Assembly (NCBI GenBank): GCA_965116335.1
Contig: OZ220677.1
Location: 228,131-292,130, forward strand
Length of the DNA: 64,000 nucleotides
From: Arenicellales bacterium
GTDB taxonomy: Bacteria > Pseudomonadota > Gammaproteobacteria > Arenicellales > Poriferihabitantaceae
Direction: 5' to 3'
The translations under genes and the position numbers were made by a program. Position 1 is the first letter of the stretch. Each line of letters begins with the position of its first letter. The notes beneath the pieces were generated by a model that saw nothing but the letters and a program-made list of their open reading frames with translations, was not told where the DNA came from and did not search any database. Positions 1 through 8,600 of this stretch are shown one piece after another.

Positions 1-360
1 AACGGGGTTCTCCCGGATGTCCATGCCGAGCGCGATGTTCTCGAACACGGTCAGGGAATCGAACAGCGAGAAATGCTGGAACACCATGGCAATTCCCAGT
101 CTGCGGGCACAGGCGGGCGTGTTGATTGAGACCCGCTGACCTTTCCAGGCAATATGCCCGGCATCGGGCTTCAGTACGCCGTAGATCATTTTCACCAGAG
201 TGGATTTGCCAGCGCCGTTCTCGCCGAGCAGAGCATGGATCTCTCCTGAGTTGAGCGTGAGATGCACGTCATCATTGGCGAGTACGCCGGGGAACGACCG
301 CGTCATGCCACGCAACGCAAGCAGGCAGTCAGGCGATAATTCCTCTTTGGTTCCGGTCAT
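1..360 (-). CDS. ABC transporter ATP-binding protein, N-terminal 120 codons (gene continues past the left edge; open-ended, so absent from the ORF track)
   Basis: Hand reverse-complement translation from ATG at 360-358: MTGTKEELSPDCLLALRGMTRSFPGVLANDDVHLTLNSGEIHALLGENGAGKSTLVKMIYGVLKPDAGHIAWKGQRVSINTPACARRLGIAMVFQHFSLFDSLTVFENIALGMDIRENPV. Walker A is GENGAGKST. The N-terminal layout fits the duplicated-ATPase sugar/nucleoside importers that usually accompany BMP-family binding proteins (one is at 17840). Confidence 0.85.
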   Translation of the reverse strand, partial: MTGTKEELSPDCLLALRGMTRSFPGVLANDDVHLTLNSGEIHALLGENGAGKSTLVKMIYGVLKPDAGHIAWKGQRVSINTPACARRLGIAMVFQHFSLFDSLTVFENIALGMDIRENPV

Positions 361-380
361 CAGGTATAATTGCAAAAAAG

Positions 381-396
381 CTGATTAAATAGTCAG
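381..396. promoter_or_regulatory. Candidate operator: near-perfect 16-bp palindrome CTGATTAAATAGTCAG, 10 nt downstream of a perfect TATAAT (365-370)
   Basis: The arms CTGATTA and TAGTCAG have one mismatch. A perfect version, CTGACTAAATAGTCAG, sits in the equivalent position upstream of xdhA (10909-10924). This copy lies in the divergent region between the ABC ATPase and the amidohydrolase gene. Confidence 0.4.
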
Positions 397-444
397 GATA
401 TTGACAGTATAGATAAATTCCGGTAATTTTGCCAGTTTCTAATC

Positions 445-1806
445 ATGCAATCGTCACCCCGCCGAATCTGGATACGAAATCCGCTCTCGATATTTTCAGA
501 CCTCCCTGCAAGCGGGGGTATTGTGACCGAAGGCGCGGTCATTGCCGAGGTACTGGATTGTGGTGAGGCTCCCGCAAAACCCGTAGACGAAACCATTGAC
601 GCATCACAATCGGTCGTACTGCCCGGTTTGATCAACACGCACCACCACTATTACCAGACCCTGACCCGGGCTTGCCCTGTAGCATTGGATAAGGCGCTGT
701 TTCCGTGGTTGAAGAGCCTCTATCCGGTCTGGGCCGGGCTGGATCTGGAGATGGTCGAGGTAGCTACTGAACTTGCGTCCGTGGAACTCCTGCTATCAGG
801 TTGCACCACCAGCTCAGACCACCATTACCTCTTTCCTGCGGGTGCCGCATCCGCTATTGATGCCCAGGTGACGGCGTTGCGGCGCACCGGCCAACGCGCA
901 GTACTCACCCGCGGCTCCATGAGTCTGGGCGCGAATCAGGGAGGGCTGCCGCCGCAATCGGTGGTGCAGGGCCGGGACGAGATCCTGTCGGACTCGGCGC
1001 GACTGATCGACCAGTACCACGATCCTTTGCCCGGCGCCATGTTGCAGATTGCGCTGGCTCCCTGCTCGCCGTTCAGTGTGTCGCGGGAACTGATGATCGA
1101 GACGGCGGTGCTGGCCCGGGAGCAAGGCGTCCGGCTGCATACCCATTTGGCAGAAACAGAAGATGAGAACGCTTTTTGTCAACGCCAGTACGGTATGCGG
1201 CCATTGCATTATCTGGAATCTGTAGGATGGCTGGCGGATGATGTCTGGTTGGCTCATGGTATCCATTTCACGGAGACGGAGATCAATCGGTTGGGCAAGA
1301 CGGGTACAGGGATCACTCATTGTCCGAGCTCGAATATGATGCTGGGCTCAGGACAGTGTCGCGCCCTCGACCTGGAGAGCGCAGGGTGTCCGCTGGGTCT
1401 GGGTGTGGATGGCTCTGCTTCCAACGACAGTTCCAATTTAATCCAGGAAGTCAGGCAGGCGTTTTTGTTGCAGAGATTGCATTATGGCGCGTCGTCGGTG
1501 AGCCACAGAGATGCATTACGCTGGGCGACTGCCGGTTCTGCCGCTTGTCTGGGCAGGGCTGACATCGGCGCGATTGCGCCGGGTATGCAGGCGGACCTGG
1601 CGTTGTTTCGATTGGATGAGCCGAATTTTTCCGGTGCCGGGGAGCCGTTGGCGGCGCTGCTCCTGTGCGGAGCCTGGCGCGCCAATGATGTGATGGTGGC
1701 GGGTCGGTGGCGGGTGCGGGATAGCGAAATCCCCGATCTTGATCTGGGTGCACTGAAGGCACGGCACGGGGAGTTGGCACGCAACCTGCAGGGCATGTCC
1801 GGCTGA
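445..1806 (+). CDS. Metal-dependent amidohydrolase, 8-oxoguanine deaminase-like
   Basis: 453-aa track ORF with amidohydrolase motifs LPGLINTHHHYYQTLTRA, RLHTHLAET, HCPSSNMMLGSG and GLGVDGSASND. The full-length pattern (RIWIRNPL, LFPWLKSLYPVW, LTRGSMSLG, IALAPCSPFSV) matches my memory of the 8-oxoguanine deaminase subgroup. Purine-gene context supports the call. Confidence 0.8.
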   Translation: MQSSPRRIWIRNPLSIFSDLPASGGIVTEGAVIAEVLDCGEAPAKPVDETIDASQSVVLPGLINTHHHYYQTLTRACPVALDKALFPWLKSLYPVWAGLDLEMVEVATELASVELLLSGCTTSSDHHYLFPAGAASAIDAQVTALRRTGQRAVLTRGSMSLGANQGGLPPQSVVQGRDEILSDSARLIDQYHDPLPGAMLQIALAPCSPFSVSRELMIETAVLAREQGVRLHTHLAETEDENAFCQRQYGMRPLHYLESVGWLADDVWLAHGIHFTETEINRLGKTGTGITHCPSSNMMLGSGQCRALDLESAGCPLGLGVDGSASNDSSNLIQEVRQAFLLQRLHYGASSVSHRDALRWATAGSAACLGRADIGAIAPGMQADLALFRLDEPNFSGAGEPLAALLLCGAWRANDVMVAGRWRVRDSEIPDLDLGALKARHGELARNLQGMSG

Positions 1807-1935
1807 AAACCTGTCTCAAAAACCCACTTGACAAGGGATGCCCCCTCAAAGTACATTCATACTCTCAATATCCGGTAAAAAGCAGGCTAATGCAATGAAA
1901 AAAATAGAAATAAGTTCAATTAAGTCCTTGATTTA

Positions 1936-1944
1936 TGGTATAAT
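1936..1944 (+). promoter_or_regulatory. Perfect extended -10 promoter element TGGTATAAT (putative)
   Basis: Exact TGnTATAAT consensus in an AT-rich patch of an otherwise GC-rich region, and identical in the second leader (36843-36851). It ends 3 nt before the first CCGGATTA unit. There is no experimental support. Confidence 0.4.
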
Positions 1945-1947
1945 TGA

Positions 1948-2051
1948 CCGGATTACCGGATTACCGGATTACCGGATTACCGGATTACCGGATTACCGGA
2001 TTACCGGATTACCGGATTACCGGATTACCGGATTACCGGATTACCGGATTA
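1948..2051. repeat. Octanucleotide tandem repeat (CCGGATTA) x 13, perfect
   Basis: Counted directly: 104 nt from c1948 to a2051, all units identical. Confidence 0.97.
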
Positions 2052-2135
2052 CGCTTTGGCGCGTCGGCCATGAGCGCGTTCGCGTGGCTGCGCCGTTGCC
2101 TGGGTCCGTCCTCCCGGCCTGAATCTTTACCATCT

Positions 2136-2630
2136 GTCATTCCCCCCACCCGCTCTCCGGCGGGCTTCGCCCTTGTATCGCGGACTCCCCCTCAAGGGGG
2201 GAGTAATACCAACCCGACAATCATTCCCCCCTTGAGGGGGAATCCAATCCGCAAGCGGATTGGATGGGGGGACAACAACCCGTCAACGTATGATCCACCC
2301 GTCTTTCCCGCGAAGGCGGGAATCCACAACGATATGGAGGTTGTGGTTACCCCTCATGGGTGCCCGGTATCGTTGGTTCCTGTTCCAACGGTTGCGGGAG
2401 GGTACAAGACCCTCCCCTACGATAACGGTCGGGAATCATTCCAACGACATCATGTCGAAGCGGGAATCCGCGAGCGGATGCGGGAGGGCACGGAGACCCT
2501 CCCCTACGATAACGGGTTGGCGCGTCAGATGGCGATTGTGCCCCCCATCACACCCGCTTCGCGCGATGTGATTCCCCCTCAAGGGGGGAATGATGTGATA
2601 ACGGGTTGGGGGGCGGGAATCCACCTCGCC
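2136..2630. repeat. Cluster of REP/BIME-like palindromic units in the 5' region of the adhesin gene
   Basis: Contains cattccccccttgagggggaatccaatccgcaagcggattggatgggggg (type A), tttcccgcgaaggcgggaatccac (type C) and two copies of gcgggagggtacaagaccctcccctacgataacgg (type B). The same units recur at 10023-10900, 19396-19560, 32884-32925, 33640-33880 and 36985-37031. Confidence 0.7.
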
Positions 2631-5600
2631 CGCCGTCTGCGGTCGGGCCTGTCCCGCTTCCTGCTCGCCCTGCCACTGCTGACAATGTTTGCCACCGGAG
2701 CGCAGGCCCAGGTTGAGTGCTCCGGTGGCGGCCCGTATGAGGTGCCGCATGACTGGACCCTGAAACCCTCCGGTGTTTCCTCCGGTGACAATTTTCGTTT
2801 GCTGTTCCTGACCTCGGCGACACGCAATGCGAGTGCGACTGGTATCGGAACCTACAATACGTTCGTGCAGACCCGCGCCAAAGCCGGTCACAGCGCGATC
2901 ACCGACAGTTGCGGCGACGAGTTCAAGGTCGTCGGCTCGACCAGTGCGGTTGATGCCCGGGACAATACCTCGACCACCGGAGCGGGTCAGGCGATCTACT
3001 GGCTGACCGGCGCCAAGGTCGCCGACAACTATGCCGATTTCTATGACGGAAGCTGGGATAGCTATGCGAAGAAGACGGAGGCAGGAACAAACTACACAGG
3101 CAGTGCCTTCGTTTGGACAGGCACTAATCAGGACGGTACAAAATCTTCCCAGCCACTGGGCAACAGTGTAGTTACGACTGGCAACCCGGTATCTACTGGA
3201 AACCCTCTTGGTGGGACTGTAGGTAGCGGAGCTAACAGCCTCTCCTTCTACGCCCTCTCCCCCGTCTTCACAGTAGGGGCGGAACCCATAACCGTATCCA
3301 TCAGCGCCCCCACCGATGCGAACGAGGGCAATTCCGGCACGACGAACAAGCTCTTCACGGTGACCCTGTCGTCGGCCCATACGGCGGGTGTCTCAGTGCG
3401 GGTCTGCTACTCCGGCACCGCGACCCGAGGCGCATCCGCCGACTACCAGTCGCGTTTCAGCACGGCCATCTCTACTAACTCGTGCGCGACTCGCCTGATA
3501 GCCACTGGCAGTACTGGAACCAACGCTTACGGCATACAGATACGGGGCGACACCACTGTCGAGCCCGATGAGACAGTCATTGCAACGCTGTCCCTGGTCA
3601 ACCCGCCCGCCGGCGTGACCCTGGGCACGTCCACCGCCACCTACACCATCCTCGACGATGATGATACGACTGCTCCGGGCGTAACCTCGATCGAGCGCCA
3701 CTCGCCGACTGACCACTTCACCAATGCCGACAGCCTGACCTGGCGGGTGACCTTCAGCGAGGCCGTGCGCAATGTGGACACGACGGATTTCTCCCTCGTG
3801 ATCGCCCACACCTCCGTTGCGTTCCCCGGAACCACCACCCTGGCCGTCTCGTCGGTCTCGACCAGCGTCTACGACATCACCGCCTCCGGTAGTGGAATTG
3901 AGAATGTCCTCGACAACAGCATCCAACTGGTCTTTGCGAGCGGCCACAACATCGAGGACCTGTCCGGCAACGCACTGCCCGCATCGCCCACCCCCACCGG
4001 CACGGATGACAACTCCTTCACTTTGGACAACACCGCGCCGACCGTGACCTCAATCGAGCGCCAGTCTCCGACCACCGCCATGACCGATGAAGACAGTCTG
4101 ACCTGGCGGGTGACGTTCGATGATACCAGCGGCGAAGCAGTAGTGAACGTAGACACCACCGACTTCTCTGTCACCGGCACCACCGCCACGATTACCTCGG
4201 TATCGGAACACGCGACCAATACCTTCGACGTCACCGCCTCCGGTGGTGATCTGGACAGCCTCACCGGCACCGTAACCTTAAGCTTCGCCAACACCCACGA
4301 CATCACGGACGATGTTGGCAACGCACTGCCCGCATCGCCCACCCCCACCTCGGGCACCAATGACAATACCTTCGAGGTACAAAATGCGGAAGTCACCTTA
4401 TCAATCAGCGGCCCTGCCGACGCTAACGAGGGCAACTCCGGCACCAGAGACCTCGACTACACGGTGAGTTTATCACAGGCGCTTACGGGGTCAGACTATG
4501 TTGGATTTCAAATCTGCTTCACCGGCACCGCTACGATAGATTTAACAGAAGCTGCGACCATTCCCGCGAGTGCCGATTATCAGACGGTTTCAAATACCAA
4601 TCCCCTGAATACAAATTGCTCGCCACTTGGTAGTTTCCTCCCAAGCGCATCCCTTACAAAACGCGGTGCAATTATCCGTATCAAGGGCGACACCGACGCT
4701 GAATCCGATGAGACCGTGATCGCGACGTTGTCTATCACCAGCCAAAGCGGCGGTATCACCCTCGGCACCTCCACCCATACCCATACCATCCTCGACGATG
4801 ATGATACGACTGCTCCGGGCGTCACCTCGATTACGCGCCACTCGCCGACCGCGCTACATACCAATGCCGACAGCCTGACTTGGCAAGTGACCTTCAGCGA
4901 GGCCGTGCGCAACGTGGACACGACGGATTTCTCCCTGGTGGTCGCCACCACCTCCGTTGCGTACCCCGGAACCACCGCCCTGGCCGTCTCGCAGGTCTCG
5001 ACCAGCGTCTACGACATCACCGCCTCCGGCAGTGGAATTGAGAATTCCGATAATCCGGTCCAACTGAAATTCGACAGCAGCCACGACATCGAGGACCTGT
5101 CCAGCAACGCGCTGCCCGCATCGCCCACGATCAGCGGTGTGAATCACGCCTTCTTACTCGACAACACCGCGCCGACCGTGACCTCAATCGAGCGCCAGTC
5201 ACCGACCACATCCATGACCGATGAAGACAGCCTGACCTGGCGGGTGACGTTCGCTGACAGCGGCGGAACGATAGCGAACGTGGACACGGCTGACTTCCAG
5301 GTCACCGGCACGACTGCCACGATTACCTCCGTATCGGAACACGCGACCAATGTCTTCGACGTCACCGCCTCCGGCGGCGACCTGGACAGCCTCACCGGCA
5401 CGGTAACGCTGAGCTTCGCCAACACCCACGACATCACGGACGAAGCCGGCAACGCACTGACCGACACCACCCCCACCTCCGGCACCAATGACAACACCTT
5501 CGAGTTACAGAATGTCATTGACCCCGACGCCCCGAAAGTAGTCTCCATCCATCGCTATGAACAGCCGGTTCAGGGTCTGGGCACCAGTCTGGTCTGGCGG

Positions 5601-8600
5601 GTGCGTTTCAACAAACATCTGCCCAATGTGTACGCCTCGGACTTTACCCTGACCGGCACCACGGCCGGACTGGATGTACGCCATGATCTGAGTAATTATG
5701 ATCCGACCACCTACAAAACGATTGTTCACGTGTACGCGCAAGGCGGCGATCTGGACACCGTATCCGGCGCTGTCACCCTGAACTTCGCCAGCAATCACAA
5801 CATCCGGGATTACGAAGGCAGAAGACTGGCCTCCACCACGCCCTCCGGCGCCAACCAGAAGACGTTCACGCTGGATCCCAATCAAACGCTGATCTACTTC
5901 ACGCAACCGGAGTACTACGTCAACGAAGGCGAGGATGCCGTGCTCACTGTCAAGCTCTCGCGCCTGCAGGAGACCAAGACCACGATCCGTCTCTCCGCCA
6001 CTCCGCTCACCGCCACCGGCAATGGCATCGACTATGGTGGCCAGACCTACGAAGTCATCATCCCGCGCAGGCGCAGCAGTGGCACCTTCAATATCGAAAT
6101 AACGGATAAAGGCGGAAGGGAAGAAGAAGAAAATTTCCGAGTAGACATTCACACGTTCGACCTGACCGGCTTTGCCACGGCCCCTGCCCGGGGCAGCTCT
6201 ACGCTCAACGCCGGCACCTACATTCATATTCTCGACAAGGAAACCGCCGACTATCATGCCAACAGAAAACCCGGCTTACTATTTGACACCCCCTCCATGC
6301 AATGGAACGAAGCCGATGGCTGCACCAGCAAAAGCGATGGCACCGGACCCGGACCGAGCTATCAGGTCAAACTGGAGAAACAACCCTTAGGTCCGGTAGA
6401 AGTCTGGATCAAAGACCCCGATGACGACTATCGCAGTGACCCGGTCGCTACAGGTCGCCTGTATGTCGCCAACAGACGATTCCTGAGCCGATACCTGAAC
6501 GAGGAGAATGACCAAGTGCAAAAGTGGAAGGACGATACCCACACCGTCCTGCACTTCACCCCCGACAACTGGAATACCTACCAACGGGTTCAGGTCAGGA
6601 TTCGATGCGCCGACCATTACACCGCACAGATTCCCATTGTGCATCGTCTGTATACCAACTACACCGACGACAAGGGCAAACTCAGTCATGCCTATCCCGG
6701 CTATACCGGGGTGGTCAATCAGACCTGGAGCGTCCAGGTTCGGGTACACGACTCTGATCCACCGATTGTAGTGAAAGGTCTGCCCCCAGAAGGCCAGTCC
6801 ATTGCCATAGACGAAGACGGACATCAAGACTTTCAGATGACCTTGAGTCCATCGGCCTTTGCGCATGAAAGTTCACTGACGGTCTATCTGTCCGCCCGGG
6901 GCGGCAAGGCCGCCGGAGTCAAACGCAGGGATGGCGATGCCCAATCCTGTGGGGGTCCACTGGATGACTGTTTGATCTTCACGCCGTCCAATCGCACACA
7001 ATGGGTGCGGGTTTTTGCCATCAATCCCGGTCTGGATCAACTGAAAGTAGAGATTCCGCAACTGCAATGGGGAGACCTCTATCATGTACGCGATTGGGAG
7101 ATGACCTGGCCGATACAGGTATTGCAAGGACAGAATGCGCCACAGAATGCGCCGGCAGAAAGTGAACAAGCCAGCTATCAGCCGGTGACTTGTGTATCAG
7201 ATGCCCTGCTATCCGATGTTACGGACTATTCGAACGAGACCTGGCGAAGTTCGGTCGATCATGTCGAGCGCTGGAGCCGGGTACTGGCGGCCTTTGGCGT
7301 GGATAATGCCTACAGCAATCATCCGATGACCATTGCCGAGGCGCAAGCGCAGGCAGACCGTGGCCTTCAACGTTGGCTGCCGATTGTTCCTGCCCTGCAA
7401 TGTCTGGAGAACCCGCCACAGGAACAGCCACAAGTGGAAGAAGAAACCATACCACCCCCCACTATACCTGAAATCAGTCTGTCCTCTGGTTCTGCCATAG
7501 ATGAGGGGGGTACTGCCACCTTCACCGTCACCGCAGATAGCGCGCCGCAATCTGATCTGACGATTGGCTATACAGTGAGTCAAAGCGGAGACTATCTCGA
7601 TGCGCCGGGTAGTGGAGCAAGAACCGTGACTCTGGTGGCCGGAGCGACCACTGTTTCGGTCGCTATCGGTACAGTAGATGATGCGGCGGACGAGGTGGAT
7701 GGTGCGGTGAGTGTTACAGTAGACACCGGCAACGGCTATACCCTAGCCACCAACCAGGACAGCGCATCGGTCCCGGTGCGTGACAATGACGAACCGGTCG
7801 TGCGGATTAGTGCAGGCAGTGGTATCACAGAAGGAGATTCCGCCACCTTTACCGTAACCGCCCATCCGGTGCCTGCCGTGCCACTCGATATGACTGTCAC
7901 TGTGGCCCAGAACGGAGAGTTTGCGACCAGTGGAGAGACCGGCTCGCGAACTCTTACCCTCCCGGTCACCGGCAGCGCCACCTTCACGGTCGCTACACTG
8001 GATGACGCGGTAGACGAACCGGATGGTTCCATTAGCGCTACGATAAATACCGGTGCTGGCTACATAGTGGCGGAAGCGCCGAACCACACGGCAAGCGTTA
8101 CTGTATCTGATAACGATGTCACACTATCCTCCGGCCCCACCCTCTCAATCGGTGATGCCACTTTGCATGAGAACCAGCGTACCGGGTACTTCACCATCAC
8201 CTTGAGTGAAGCCATGCAATGGCCGGTCACCTTCTACTATGCCACGCAGGATTCCAACCCGGTATCGGCAAGGGCAGGGGAAGACTATATCGCCTGGCAA
8301 CGCGCCTGGAAGTTACGCAGTACCATCAATCCCGGTCAAACCGAAAAGAAAATCTATGTGCGGCTGTATAACGACAATCATGATGAAGACCCGGAAACCT
8401 TCCAGATGGTGATATACGATGCCGGAGTCAGTGGAGCGGATGCAACGGTAGCCATAGCCGACAGTACCGCAACCGGCACCATCATCAATGATGATCCGAT
8501 GCCGCAAGCCTGGCTGACCCGATTCGGTCGCACGATAGCCCAACAAGCCATTGATGGACTATCTGATCGCATCGCAGACAGCCGCACCGCAGGCACACAA

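Larger units (their letters stand above)
1817..2271 (+). promoter_or_regulatory. Conserved adhesin leader cassette, copy 1
   Basis: Components in order: CAAAAACCCAC-TTGACA (1828-1833), an AT-rich segment, TGGTATAAT, the 8-bp VNTR, a conserved GC-rich segment, and a REP hairpin. It is near-identical to 36724-37031 upstream of the second adhesin gene, e.g. ctcaatatccggtaaaaagcaggctaatgcaatgaaaaaaatagaaataa(g/a)ttcaattaagtccttgatttatggtataattgaccggatta. Copy 1 carries an extra ~75-bp hairpin-rich insert (about 2148-2222). Confidence 0.75.

Noticed and set aside
1948-2051. Possible CRISPR array (also considered for the REP arrays)
   Set aside because: The 8-bp units are contiguous with no spacers. 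The REP units are heterogeneous palindromes without unique spacers of regular length, and no cas genes are in the window.
1948-2271. Relationship between the CCGGATTA repeat and the REP type A core (GCGGATTGGATT)
   Set aside because: They share only the hexamer CGGATT, which is too short to argue common origin.
1944-2594. N-terminal 217 codons of the 2,692-aa track ORF (TTG 1944 start), including (ITGLPDYR)n and IPPLRGNPIRKRIGWG-type segments
   Set aside because: This stretch is the translation of an 8-bp DNA tandem repeat and REP palindromes. The same DNA units occur in both orientations in non-coding gaps elsewhere. The signal peptide appears only after GTG 2595.
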